Shown: positions 1 to 9,405 of the stretch, in pieces
How the letters are laid out: each line of letters opens with the position of its first letter
Numbering within the stretch: the first letter of the stretch is position 1
NCBI GenBank assembly: GCA_965248435.1
Contig: OZ252100.1
Location: 4,992,001-5,056,000 of the forward strand
From: Candidatus Latescibacterota bacterium
GTDB lineage: Bacteria > Latescibacterota > UBA2968 > GCA-2709665
Reading direction: 5' to 3'
DNA: 64,000 nt
Translations under genes and position numbers: made by a program
The notes under the pieces: generated by a model
Database searches by the model: none
What the model was told of the DNA's origin: nothing
Seen by the model: only the letters and a program-made list of their open reading frames with translations

Positions 1-443
1 GTGTCGAAGGTGGCTTCCTCGCCCCCGACCATGATGGAGAGCGCGGCGTTCTTCGCGCCGACGTCGCCGCCGCTCACGGGGGCGTCCAGGCAGTTGACGC
101 CCTTTTCGGCCATTGCCTCGCCGATGCCGGTCGTGACGCTCGGCGCGATCGTGCTCATGTCGATGTAGATGTCGCCGTCGCTGACGCCTTCGATGATGCC
201 GTCCGCGCCGAGGGCGACGGTCTCTACGTCGGGAGAATCAGGGAGCATGGTGATGATGACGGTGCTCTTTCCGGCGACTTCCTTAGGGGAGAACGCTTCG
301 GTCGCGCCCTGGCCGACGAGTTCGGCGACGGATTCGCGGCTGCGGTTGTGGACGACGACGTCGTAGCCGGCGGATAACAGGTGTCCGGACATCGGCTTTC
401 CCATGATGCCGAGTCCAATGAAGCCTACATTTGGTTTCGCCAT
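1..443 (-). CDS. NAD(P)-dependent 3-hydroxyisobutyrate dehydrogenase / tartronate semialdehyde reductase family protein (runs off the window)
   Basis: Manual translation from CAT at 441-443: MAKPNVGFIGLGIMGKPMSGHL...HNRS...ITMLPDSPDV...DMSTI...DAPVSGG; Rossmann GxGxMG and DAPVSGG motifs. Confidence 0.85.
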   Translation of the reverse strand, partial: MAKPNVGFIGLGIMGKPMSGHLLSAGYDVVVHNRSRESVAELVGQGATEAFSPKEVAGKSTVIITMLPDSPDVETVALGADGIIEGVSDGDIYIDMSTIAPSVTTGIGEAMAEKGVNCLDAPVSGGDVGAKNAALSIMVGGEEATFD

Positions 444-639
444 TTAAGTCTCCTTTTGAATTGACATGGAATCGAATCCCCACTGCCCCCTTTTTCAAAG
501 GGGAAGGTGGTTCACGGAACGAACTCTTCCCCCTTTGGAAAAGGGGGATTGAGGGGGATTTGCCGATGACGACCTCTATGCATTCGTGTCCTCCGCCTTT
601 CTTCCGTTTTTTTCCGTGATCCAGCCTTTCGCGAAATGC

Positions 640-876
640 ATGCCTCCGGCGGCCTACTTTTCTTGTCACGCCACAAGAAAAGTAGGCAAAAGAAGGGCGC
701 CCCTCAAACGCCGGGGAGGCTCGGCCGCGGCACCTCACCTTCAGCGGAAAGGACGGTGGCGGCAATCAGGGCGGGACTCCTGCCCCGCCTGACGCCCACT
801 ATGGGACTGGCCCAGAGGGCCTAACCGCGTGGGAGGTGAAAGAACGAGGTTGCATCGGAGTCGCACACCGCGGCCC
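640..876 (+). repeat. Structured dispersed repeat, copy 1 (internal module A)
   Basis: atgcctccggcggc...acttttcttg-loop-caagaaaagt hairpin...ggccgcggcacctcac...gcatcggagtcgcacaccgcggccc; recurs 11 times in the window. Confidence 0.9.
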
Positions 877-916
877 TGATGACCTTTAGCGATCCATTTT
901 GCGAGTTTGGACGGCG

Positions 917-1032
917 GGCCCTGACCCTGCCTCGCTTCGCTCGGCATCCCTCTCCCGTAAATGGGAGAGGGAAAAGGCATCGCTCTGACCTCCCCTCTCC
1001 CACGTGTGGGAGAGGGGCCGGGGGTGAGGGCC
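917..1032. repeat. Double-hairpin ccctctccc/gggagaggg repeat (MITE/REP-like); further copies at ~3692-3856, ~7271-7394 and inverted at ~48280-48395
   Basis: gccctcaccc...gggtgagggc inverted ends enclosing two ccctctccc-N-gggagaggg hairpins. Confidence 0.85.
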
Positions 1033-1058
1033 TGAAGCGATATTCAATATCCAGTCAA

Positions 1059-1892
1059 TTACCCATCAATAAACAGTGGAGATGATGATCCAGGCAGGAT
1101 ATCCGCCTTCTGAGCCCGGGACATCAGATCCGCGATCGCGGCTTCGCCGTCAGGGCCATAGTCCTCCGTGTAGGCGTTGACGTAGAGTTCGATATACTCT
1201 CGCACGACCTGCTCGTCCATTTCCTGCGCGTGCTGCAGAATGTAATCCAGGACCGCGTCCGGGTTCGCCTTCGCGTAGGCGATGCTGTCTTTCAGGGCCT
1301 GGTCGGCTCGCTCGATCGCTTCCGGCCCCAGGCTTCTGCGCGCGAGGATGCCGCCCAGGGGGATCGGATGGCCCGTCGTCTGTTCCCACCACGCGCCCAG
1401 GTCGATGACCTGACGGAGTCCGTATTTCGGATAGGTGAAGCGGCCCTCGTGGATGATGACGCCGGCGTCGACGTCACCGCTGGAGACGGCCGACATGATT
1501 TTGTCGAACGGGAGGATCGTCAGGTCGCTCGACCCGGGCTGGAAGAGGCGGAGCAGGAGCGCGGCGGTGGTGAGCTTGCCGGGGATGGCGATGCGCTTCC
1601 CGTCCAGGTCGTCCGATCTCTGCCCTTCAGGCGCGACAACGAGCGGTCCGCAGCCCCGCCCGAGTGCCCCGCCCGCGTGGAGCAGGCAGTAGGTCTCCCT
1701 GAGATGGCCGAAGGCGTGGAAGGAGATTTTCGTCAGGTCCAGACGTCCTTCCATCGCCATGCCGTTCAGGGTCTCGATGTCCTCCAGGACCTCCTTGACC
1801 TGAGGCGCGCCGTCCAGTTTGCCGTGGACGAGCCCGTAGAAGATGAAGGTGTCGTTCGGGCAGGGGGAGTATCCGAGAGATAAGGATGACAT
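1059..1892 (-). CDS. mqnD: 1,4-dihydroxy-6-naphthoate synthase (futalosine menaquinone pathway)
   Basis: N-terminal LGYSPCPNDTFIFY, GALGRGCGPL, IIHEGRFTY and PIPLGGI motifs; adjacent to mqnB. Confidence 0.93.
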   Translation of the reverse strand: MSSLSLGYSPCPNDTFIFYGLVHGKLDGAPQVKEVLEDIETLNGMAMEGRLDLTKISFHAFGHLRETYCLLHAGGALGRGCGPLVVAPEGQRSDDLDGKRIAIPGKLTTAALLLRLFQPGSSDLTILPFDKIMSAVSSGDVDAGVIIHEGRFTYPKYGLRQVIDLGAWWEQTTGHPIPLGGILARRSLGPEAIERADQALKDSIAYAKANPDAVLDYILQHAQEMDEQVVREYIELYVNAYTEDYGPDGEAAIADLMSRAQKADILPGSSSPLFIDG

Positions 1893-1898
1893 GGCGAG

Positions 1899-2639
1899 CT
1901 AGAGATCGATCTGCTTGATGAGCGTAAGCGCGGCCTCCTGCGCTCGCTTCGCCGCGAGCGGCAGGTCCCAGGCCTCGCGATCCCGGTCTTCGACCGGGTT
2001 GCTGATGCCGCGAACCTCGAGGAAGGGCGTCTCGTAGCGCGCGCAGACGTGCGCGGCGGCGGCGCCCTCCATGTTTTCGCAGATGGCGCCGAAGCGTTCG
2101 GCGAGCTCGCGTCCCCTCAGCTCCGTACCCGTACACTGCTGGACCGTGACGAACGGCCCCTTGCAGAAAAATGGCGGGATGCCACGCCACGACCGGCCTC
2201 GAATCAGGGCTTCGGCACGCGCGACTCGAGCTGAGTCGAGCGGAAAGGTGTTGAAGTGGTCGCGATCATCCTCGAGCAGGGGGATGCCGATCGCCTCCGC
2301 CGACTCCCAGCCGTCCGCAGTTTCTATGCCGAGTTCCCCGTAGTTCTCCTCCGTCGCCACCGCGATATCCCCGATCAACAGGTTGGACCCCGGGTAGGCG
2401 CCCCCGACGCCGACCTGGAGGACGAGCACGTGCGGCGTGGTCTCCAGGGCCCCGGTCAAGACCTGCGCGGTGTTGACGAGACCGATGCCGGTCTCGACGA
2501 GCTTGACGTCCCGCCCGCCGATCCGTCCCGAGAGACAATCGCGACGCGCAACGGTCGAGGTTTCCTTCTTCTTGAGGGCATCCTTCAGGAGGTCGATTTC
2601 GAGCGGTGTGGCTGACAGGACGAGGATCGGTTCTGACAT
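1899..2639 (-). CDS. mqnB: Futalosine hydrolase (PNP/MTAN family)
   Basis: TGIGLVN, GVGGAY, ENMEGAAAAHVC, EVRGISN motifs; directly upstream of mqnD. Confidence 0.88.
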   Translation of the reverse strand: MSEPILVLSATPLEIDLLKDALKKKETSTVARRDCLSGRIGGRDVKLVETGIGLVNTAQVLTGALETTPHVLVLQVGVGGAYPGSNLLIGDIAVATEENYGELGIETADGWESAEAIGIPLLEDDRDHFNTFPLDSARVARAEALIRGRSWRGIPPFFCKGPFVTVQQCTGTELRGRELAERFGAICENMEGAAAAHVCARYETPFLEVRGISNPVEDRDREAWDLPLAAKRAQEAALTLIKQIDL

Positions 2640-2642
2640 GGG

Positions 2643-3671
2643 CTACCAGGTCGGCGCGATCGCGATGTCGGATTCGCTGCCCAGTTTCTCGAGGCTGCGA
2701 AGGATCCCATCGGGCATCGGGATACCGTCGCGAATGTGCGTATCACGCTTGATCCACTCAGGCTCTCCGGGGAGATAGATCCGGTCCACGCCCTTCGCTC
2801 GCCTGGTGTTTCGGAGCACCTGGATCTTTTCGTCGACCTCGGCCTTGAATGTGTCCAGGTCAACGAAGGTGGCGATGTCCAGGGCGAGGAAGAAGAGGCC
2901 GCCGCGCTCCGGGTCCTGCTGGCCGGCGCTCGTGAGGATGGAGGCGATGCAGGTGGTGACGACGGCGAGGCCGGAGCCCTTCGCGCCCCCGAACGGGAGG
3001 ACAAAGGCGGCCTCGTTCGGGTCGTCGGTCTGCTCGCCGTCCTTCGTGAGGCCCCAGTCGCACGGGATCTTTTCGCCCTTCATCCGGGCGACGACGATCT
3101 TCTGGAAGGCGACGGCGCCGCAGGCCATGTCCAGGACGATCGGACGTTCCTTTCCGGCCGGGATAGCGTAGGCGAGGGGATTGTTTCCGAGCGTCGCCTC
3201 GGAGGCGCCGAAGACCGCCAGGTTGCCCTGCACGCGCCTGCTGCTGGTCGAGAATCCGATCATGTCGGCCTCTGCGGCCATCATGGCATAGTAGCCGGCC
3301 GCGCCGAAATGGTTGGCGTTCCGAATCAGCGCGATCCCCACGCCGGTCTGCCGGGCCTTTTCGATCGCCTGCTCCATCGCGAAGTGGGAGACGGCGTGGC
3401 CCAGTCCGTTGCCGGCGTCGAGGTGCAGGTAGGCGGGGCCTTCTTTGATCACGGTCCGGTTCGGCTTCGGATTGAGCTGCCCTTCCTTCATGCGTTCCCG
3501 GTAGCGCTCTAGCATGCGGATGCCGTGGGTCTGGACGCCGCGGAGGTCGGCCTCCACGAGGATCTGGGCGGTGAGGTCGGCGTCTTGGTCCGTGAATCCC
3601 CAGGCGCGGAGGAGGGCGGATCCAAAGGCGCGTAAATTGTCGGCTGATACATTGTTTGTATTGCTTGACAT
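2643..3671 (-). CDS. Ldh_2 family oxidoreductase (malate/L-sulfolactate/ureidoglycolate dehydrogenase-like)
   Basis: ADLRGVQTHG, NANHFGAAGYY, LGNNPLA, LDMA, GGAKGSGL, IYLPGE motifs. Confidence 0.9.
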   Translation of the reverse strand: MSSNTNNVSADNLRAFGSALLRAWGFTDQDADLTAQILVEADLRGVQTHGIRMLERYRERMKEGQLNPKPNRTVIKEGPAYLHLDAGNGLGHAVSHFAMEQAIEKARQTGVGIALIRNANHFGAAGYYAMMAAEADMIGFSTSSRRVQGNLAVFGASEATLGNNPLAYAIPAGKERPIVLDMACGAVAFQKIVVARMKGEKIPCDWGLTKDGEQTDDPNEAAFVLPFGGAKGSGLAVVTTCIASILTSAGQQDPERGGLFFLALDIATFVDLDTFKAEVDEKIQVLRNTRRAKGVDRIYLPGEPEWIKRDTHIRDGIPMPDGILRSLEKLGSESDIAIAPTW

Positions 3672-3993
3672 CTTGCTGTCCTAATCGCTAGGGGCCCTCA
3701 CCCTGCCTCGCTTCGCTCGGCATCCCTCTCCCATAAATGGGAGAGGGAAAAAACATCGTTTTGACCTCCCCTCTCCTGCTTGCGGGTGAGAGTAGATGCT
3801 GAGAGCAACGTCACCCAAGTCGTGAAACGGGGGAGCGGGGCCGGGGGTGAGGGCCCGAACGACGAACCTGTCGTGTCCTAAAGGACACGACGCACGATCC
3901 ACGAACGACGGCCTTAGCCTCCGGCGGGGGAGACGCCCCACCGGGGCGTCTCTACGCTCAGGCGCCTCCGTGATCCAGCTTTTCGCGAACTGC

Positions 3994-4217
3994 ATGCCTC
4001 CGGCGGCCTACTTTTCTTGTCTCGCCACAAGAAAAGTAGGCAAAAGAAGGGCGCCGCTCAGTCGCCGCGGGGGCTTTGGCCGCGGCACCTCACCCTCAGT
4101 GGGACAAACGCACACGGCAGGAAGGCCAAATCCTCACCACGCGCTCACGATCTCTGAGGAACCAACCCGCCGGGAGGAGAAATGGGCTGGTTGCATCGGA
4201 GTCGCACACCGCGGCCC
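3994..4217 (+). repeat. Structured dispersed repeat, copy 2 (module B)
   Basis: Same termini and hairpins as copy 1, different internal segment. Confidence 0.9.
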
Positions 4218-4357
4218 TGATGGGTTTGCGCGATCTCATTCGCGGGTTTTAATGAAGTAAGAGTCGACCTGGTCCCCTCCTAGGAGGGGTGCCCCGAAGG
4301 CCCCCTGCATGTTTTAAGCAGGGCGGGGTGGGTTATATCACGAACGCCAGGGTTTTG

Positions 4358-4420
4358 CGGTACCCGGTACCCGTGTTTTGGTTTCCCGGTACCCGTGTTT
4401 CGATTCCCCGGTACCCGGTT
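4358..4420. repeat. GGTACCC heptamer short tandem repeat (cggtacccggtacccgtgttttggtttcccggtaccc); also ~10651-10746, ~33993-34030, ~34712-34736, ~37441-37494, ~45672-45705, ~54994-55032
   Basis: Visible tandem GGTACCC units with shared flanking sequence in intergenic spaces. Confidence 0.85.
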
Positions 4421-5374
4421 TCACACCTGCAGCGCCGCGATGGCGGCGACACCTACGATGTCATCCACCGAGGCGCCGCGAGAGAGGTCGTTGATCGGCT
4501 TGTTGAAGCCCTGCATGATCGGGCCGATGGCCTCTGCTCCAGCAAGGTACTGCGTCAGCTTGTAGGCGATGTTGCCCGAGTCGAGGTCGGGGAAGATGAG
4601 GACGTTCGCCTCTCCGCCGAGCGGAGAGTCCGGACACTTCGCTTCTGCGACGGCGGGGGAGAGGGCGGCGTCGACCTGCAGTTCGCCATCGACGATACAG
4701 TCGGGCAGTCTTTCGCTCGCAAGGCGGGCGGCTTCGCGGACCTTGTCGACCCGCTCGTGCACGGCGCTGCCGTGCGTGGAGAAGGAGAGCAGCGCGACTT
4801 TCGGTTGGATCTCGAGCAGGGTGCGAGCGTTTCGAGCTGTTGCCACGGCGATCTGGGACAGCTGTTCCGCGGAGGGATCGATCGCGACGGCTGCGTCGGC
4901 GTAAACGATGACGCGCTCCGGCGGGCCGGGAAGGACCATGATGAAGAAGCTGGAGGGCTGCGTGACGCCCGGTTCAAGCCCGATCGCGAGGACGCCCGCG
5001 GAGATGACCCCGGCGGTCGGTTTCGTGGCGCCGGCGATCACGGCGTCGGCGTCGCCCTCGGCGACCATCATCGCGCCGAAGAACAGCGGGCGGCGCACGA
5101 GCCGCTCCGCGACTCTTACCGTGACGTCTCTGCGCGCCGCGTAGGCCTCGCAGTAGCCCGCGAACGATGCGGCGTCAGCCGGATCGACGACCCCGATCCC
5201 CCCTGTTAAATTCTCGCGGGGGCAAGCTTCCGAGCCGATCAGGATCGGGTGGGCGATCCCCTCCGCTACGAGCCGGACGGCCGCCTTGACGACCCGTTCA
5301 TCCTCCGCTTCTGGGAACACGACGCGCTTCGAAGCCTGCTTCGCCCGCTCGACGAATCGATCGATCAATCCCAT
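4421..5374 (-). CDS. pta: Phosphate acetyltransferase
   Basis: [51 protein letters not shown] motifs. Confidence 0.92.
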   Translation of the reverse strand: MGLIDRFVERAKQASKRVVFPEAEDERVVKAAVRLVAEGIAHPILIGSEACPRENLTGGIGVVDPADAASFAGYCEAYAARRDVTVRVAERLVRRPLFFGAMMVAEGDADAVIAGATKPTAGVISAGVLAIGLEPGVTQPSSFFIMVLPGPPERVIVYADAAVAIDPSAEQLSQIAVATARNARTLLEIQPKVALLSFSTHGSAVHERVDKVREAARLASERLPDCIVDGELQVDAALSPAVAEAKCPDSPLGGEANVLIFPDLDSGNIAYKLTQYLAGAEAIGPIMQGFNKPINDLSRGASVDDIVGVAAIAALQV

Positions 5375-5438
5375 TCCCGTACGGCAGAGAGCCGCACCGA
5401 TTCGGCGCGGCTCGTTCTACCTTTCCTCCCTCGCAGGC

Positions 5439-6830
5439 TCAGGTTGAGACGCGCCCTTCCTTACAGCGGGCGAACTGTTCGGGCAGATGGATCTTGACCT
5501 GTGCTTCCAGCTCCTCGTCGGTGATCGCGCTGAGACGACCGTCGACCTCGTACTGATCCATAACCCACCGCGCCACCTTGTGCACCTTGATCTTGCTGAG
5601 CCGCTCTTTTCCCTTGAGGCCCAGGAATTCGTTGACCCAGTGGGCGATGCCGTCCGTGCCCGATTTGTCGGTGATGGCGACGCGCGGTGGGCGGCCGAAC
5701 AGGGCGGTCGTGTCGAAGATGTTGTAGATCCGTTCGTCGGAGCGGAGTCCGCCGGCGTGTATCCCGGCCCGCGTGGTGTTGAAGTCGCGTCCGACGAAGG
5801 GGTAGTTGGTCGGGATGTCGACACCGATCGATCGCATGTAGTCGGCCATCTCCTGGATCATCTGCGTGTCGATCCCGCAGAGGTCGCCCTTCAGGCCGAT
5901 GTACTCGATCAGCGCGCCCTCGAGCGGCGGGTTGCCGGTCCGCTCGCCGAACCCGAACAGCGTCGTGTTGACGGCGTTGCAACCGTAGAGCCAGGCTGTG
6001 GATCCGTTGGCGTGGACCTTGTGGAAGTCGTTGTGACCGTGCCACTCCAGGCAGTCGTAAGGCACGCCCGCGTCGTGCGTCATGCGGTAGATGAGCTTGG
6101 GAATCGACCGCGGCAGGCAGGCGCCGGGGGTGGCGAGCGCGAAGCCCATGGTGTCGCAGAGACGGATTTTGGCGTGGAGCTCGGGTGGGACCTGTTCGGA
6201 CCGGCGCATGAGCTCGGTGACGAACGGGAGGACGAAACCCGGGATGTCGGCGCGGGTGACGTCCTCGAGGTGACATCGCGGCCGGATCCCGGCTTCCCAC
6301 GCAGCGTCGACGACTTCGAGGTAGTCGTCGAAGGCCTGCTTCCGGTCCTTCTTGAGCTTCATGAAGATGTGGTAGTCGGAGCTGGAAGTGAGCATCCCGG
6401 TCTCTTTGACGCCGGCTTCTTTGACGAGGCGGAAGTCGCCCTTGTCGGCGCGGATCCAGGAGGTGATCTGGGGGTAGGGATGGCCCAGGTCCTGACACTG
6501 TTCCAAAGCCCTTCGGTCGTTCTTGGTGTAGAGGAAGAACTCGACCTGGCGGAGGACGCCGTTGGGTCCGCCCAGCTTCGCCATCATGTCGAAGAGGGTG
6601 ACCTGCTGTTCGACGGTGTAGGGCGGGCGGGCCTGCTGGCCGTCGCGGAAGGTGGTGTCCGTGATGACGAGGTCACGAGCGACGGCTTCGCGGGGATCGA
6701 ATTTGACGAGCTCTCCGTCGATCTCTTCGTAGAGCGGTGCCTCGAACTCGATCTTTGGCGGCAGACTGTAGTCGAACTGGTCCTCGAGCAGGTTGGGCTG
6801 ATCGACTTCGACTAGTTTCCAATCCTTCAT
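5439..6830 (-). CDS. Re-citrate synthase (DRE-TIM / HMGL-like acyltransferase)
   Basis: ITDTTFRDGQQ, EFFLY, SDYHIF, RCHLEDVTRAD, EWHGHNDF, GERTGN, TRAGIHA match the clostridial Re-citrate synthase pattern as recalled. Confidence 0.8.
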   Translation of the reverse strand: MKDWKLVEVDQPNLLEDQFDYSLPPKIEFEAPLYEEIDGELVKFDPREAVARDLVITDTTFRDGQQARPPYTVEQQVTLFDMMAKLGGPNGVLRQVEFFLYTKNDRRALEQCQDLGHPYPQITSWIRADKGDFRLVKEAGVKETGMLTSSSDYHIFMKLKKDRKQAFDDYLEVVDAAWEAGIRPRCHLEDVTRADIPGFVLPFVTELMRRSEQVPPELHAKIRLCDTMGFALATPGACLPRSIPKLIYRMTHDAGVPYDCLEWHGHNDFHKVHANGSTAWLYGCNAVNTTLFGFGERTGNPPLEGALIEYIGLKGDLCGIDTQMIQEMADYMRSIGVDIPTNYPFVGRDFNTTRAGIHAGGLRSDERIYNIFDTTALFGRPPRVAITDKSGTDGIAHWVNEFLGLKGKERLSKIKVHKVARWVMDQYEVDGRLSAITDEELEAQVKIHLPEQFARCKEGRVST

Positions 6831-6871
6831 GGTGCTACTCCGCTATACGAGAAATGAAGTGAGACACTTTG

Positions 6872-6912
6872 CACACCTCGATACGCCCGCTTCGCGGGCT
6901 ACTCGGTGCAGG
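6872..6912. repeat. Small palindromic repeat (cacctcgatacgcccgcttcgcgggctactcggtg); inverted relative at ~11784-11821
   Basis: Hairpin gcccgc-ttc-gcgggc; reverse-complement similarity to 11784-11821. Confidence 0.6.
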
Positions 6913-6938
6913 CGGGCTGATGGTGACGCACATAGGAT

Positions 6939-7181
6939 TCAGTTGACGAATTTGGCGATGTAGTCGATGGCGCCGCTGACGGTCTGAACGGCCATGGCGT
7001 CGTCCTCATCCATTTCGATGTCGAAGGCGTCTTCGAACCCGGCCATGAGTTCGATGGATTGGACCGATTCGGCGCCGAGATCGGTGGTGAAGACGTGGCT
7101 GTCCTGGATCTGGCCCGGGTCGATTTTGAGGACCTGGGAAATTACCTCATAGACCTTGTTTTTGATTTCGTTTTGTTCCAT
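6939..7181 (-). CDS. Acyl carrier protein
   Basis: 80 aa acidic protein; DLGAES..EL...ED.FDIE and TV..AIDYI pattern. Confidence 0.88.
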   Translation of the reverse strand: MEQNEIKNKVYEVISQVLKIDPGQIQDSHVFTTDLGAESVQSIELMAGFEDAFDIEMDEDDAMAVQTVSGAIDYIAKFVN

Positions 7182-7417
7182 GGGTGGCCCCTTTTATCGC
7201 GATCTGCGGTTTGGCGAGGGATCAATATAATGAAAAAGGGGGTGATGGAGGAAGTGATTTTCGAGCGCGAGGGCCCTCACCCTGCCTCGCCCCCGAAGGG
7301 GACTCGGCATCCCTCTCCCATAAATGGGAGAGGGAAATTTCTTGCTCTGTCCTCCCCTCTCCCACAGGTGGGAGAGGGGCCGGGGGTGAGGGCCGATCAC
7401 GATCGCCAGAAAACCTC

Positions 7418-7769
7418 GCCTCCGGCGGCCTACTTTTCTTGTCTCGCCACAAGAAAAGTAGGCAAAAGAAAGGCGCCGCTCAAACGCCGCGGGGGCTCCG
7501 GCCGCGGCACCTCACCCTCAGTGGCATAAACAGTCCACGGCAGGAAGGCCAAATCCTCACCACGCGCTCGCGATCACTGAGGAACCAACCCGCTGGGAGG
7601 AGAAATGGGCTGGTTGCATCGGAGTCGCACACCGCGGCCCCGACGGTTTTGAGCGATGACATTGCTTTCGTTCAAACACACGCATTAATGAAACTCTTCC
7701 CCCTTTGGAAAAGGGGGACTGAGGGGGATTTCAAGATGCATCACGCATCGGAGTCGCACACCGCGGCCC
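7418..7769 (+). repeat. Structured dispersed repeat, copy 3 (module B, 7418-7640) plus ~130 bp 3' extension ending in a second terminal motif
   Basis: Extension is near-identical to 34493-34621 and 45447-45576. Confidence 0.9.
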
Positions 7770-7808
7770 TAATGGTTTCAAGCGATCTTCAATCGGAAAA
7801 TATATGTG

Positions 7809-7852
7809 GTAGGAGCCAACTCCAGTTGGCGAACAAGAGAATCGCGATCCAC
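7809..7852 (+). repeat. GTAG-type REP (gtaggagccaactccagttggcga); also ~9745-9790 and ~45133-45156
   Basis: GTAG tetranucleotide followed by hairpin gccaac-N-gttggc (gccagc/gctggc variant at 45133). Confidence 0.75.
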
Positions 7853-7857
7853 CCTCG

Positions 7858-9405
7858 CTAACCCGATCGCCGTAGTACCTTGCCCGGGGTTCGGCCAGTC
7901 GGTTCACCATTTTCGATCACGAGCTCGCCGTTGACGAACACATAATCGATCCCAACGGGCGGGAGCATGGGCTCTTCAAATGTCGCGGGGCCGTCGATCG
8001 TATCGGGATCGAAGATGACGAGGTCCGCGGCCTTGCCTTTCGCGATTTCGCCGCGGTCGCCGAGGCGGAACCGCTTCGCGGTGAACCCGCTCATTCTGTG
8101 GATTGCCTCTTTGAGCGAGAGGAGCTTCTTTTCGCGAACGAACCGGGCCGGTACGCGGGCGAAGCAGCCGAACCCGCGCGGGTGTGGGTGGGGGATGTCG
8201 TAGACGCCGTCGCTGGCGATCATCATCCTGGGGTCGGTCGCGGTGCGCGTGATTCGCTTTTCTATGTCTTCTTCGGGGAACTGCCACGGGAAGATGTAGC
8301 ACTGCCGGCCCTCTTCCTCGACGACGAGGTCGTAGGCGAACGCCTCGGGTGTCTTGCCGGTCTGTTTCGCCGCCTCGGCCAGTCTGAGGCCGGTGTAGCG
8401 GCCCGATCGGGTGTGGCCGATGATCTGATTCGCCGCGCCGAGCTTTTCCCGCAGGACGGGGAGGGAGGTGTCGCGGACCGCGGGGTCCTTCAGCCGTTCG
8501 AGGACGGTCTCCGGGCTGCCGAGCTGAAACTCCATCGGGATCATCATCGTCATGTGGGTCATGCCTGCCGGGTAGAGGTAGGACTCGAAGGTGAGGTCGA
8601 TGTTATCGCGCTCGGCATGGTCGAGGACCTCGACGATCTCGTCGCTGACGGTGGCGTGAGAGACGTGGACCGGAATCCCCGATTGTCGCGAGAGCTCGAG
8701 CGTCTCCTCCCAGGCGCCCGTGACGCCCAGGATCTGGTAGCGGATGTGCGCGGTGTAGATGCCGCCGTAAGACTCCGTGATCTTACAGAGGGCGACGAGC
8801 TCGCGGAGGTCGGCGTTCGAGCTGGGCTGATAGTCCAGGCCGAGGCAGAGCGCGCCGGCGCCGGCCTCCATCCATTCCCTTGTGATTCTGGACATCGTTT
8901 CGAGCTCGGCGTCGGTTGCGGGGCGAGGGTCCCAGCCCATCGCGGCGAGGCGTACCGCGCAGTGGGGGACCTGGGGGTAGACGTTCGACGGTGTATTTCC
9001 GGGGAAGAGGGCGAGGTAATCCTCCGGGGTCGGCCAATTCAGGGCGAGGTCAATGTCGGGATAGATGAAGGCGGTGTAGTCCCACATCTCGCGGGCTCTT
9101 TCCTTCGTGAGACCGGCCCACCCGAAGCCGTCGGGCGCGAGGAGCTGGGTGGTGACGCCCTGCATGGGCCCGGCGAATCGGTCCCGCCCGCCGAGGAGGG
9201 AGATCTCCGAGTGGACGTGCACATCGATAAATCCAGGACAGACGGAGCGACCCGAAGCGTCGATTTCGCGGGCGGCTTCGGCCGCGCTCAAATCGTCGAC
9301 CGCGGCGATGCGGTCCCCGGTAATGCCCACGTCGGCGGAGAAGGGCTCCACGGCGCCGGTGCCGTCCACGACGAGGGCGTTGCGGATGAGGGTGTCGAAG
9401 GTCAC
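7858..9405 (-). CDS. N-acyl-D-amino-acid deacylase (amidohydrolase 3 family)
   Basis: PGFIDVHVHS, HPHPRGFGCF, GKAADLVIFDP, GIDYVFVNG motifs. Confidence 0.88.
   Translation of the reverse strand: MTFDTLIRNALVVDGTGAVEPFSADVGITGDRIAAVDDLSAAEAAREIDASGRSVCPGFIDVHVHSEISLLGGRDRFAGPMQGVTTQLLAPDGFGWAGLTKERAREMWDYTAFIYPDIDLALNWPTPEDYLALFPGNTPSNVYPQVPHCAVRLAAMGWDPRPATDAELETMSRITREWMEAGAGALCLGLDYQPSSNADLRELVALCKITESYGGIYTAHIRYQILGVTGAWEETLELSRQSGIPVHVSHATVSDEIVEVLDHAERDNIDLTFESYLYPAGMTHMTMMIPMEFQLGSPETVLERLKDPAVRDTSLPVLREKLGAANQIIGHTRSGRYTGLRLAEAAKQTGKTPEAFAYDLVVEEEGRQCYIFPWQFPEEDIEKRITRTATDPRMMIASDGVYDIPHPHPRGFGCFARVPARFVREKKLLSLKEAIHRMSGFTAKRFRLGDRGEIAKGKAADLVIFDPDTIDGPATFEEPMLPPVGIDYVFVNGELVIENGEPTGRTPGKVLRRSG

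Noticed and set aside
850-868. Minus-strand GTGCGA as a group II intron 5' end
   Set aside because: The element is far too short, and no domain V/VI or reverse transcriptase is visible.
870-900. CTGATGA after the element end as a hammerhead ribozyme core
   Set aside because: Not conserved among copies (ctgatgg, ccgacgg, ccaacgg, ctaatgg) and no correctly placed GAAA with three stems.
283-1085. ORFs spanning repeats (also 3681-4260, 7059-7861, 9562-10750, 29322-29819, 33767-34686, 45118-45814)
   Set aside because: The same DNA is open in different frames and strands in different copies, with no consistent start or stop; these are artefacts of GC-rich repeats.
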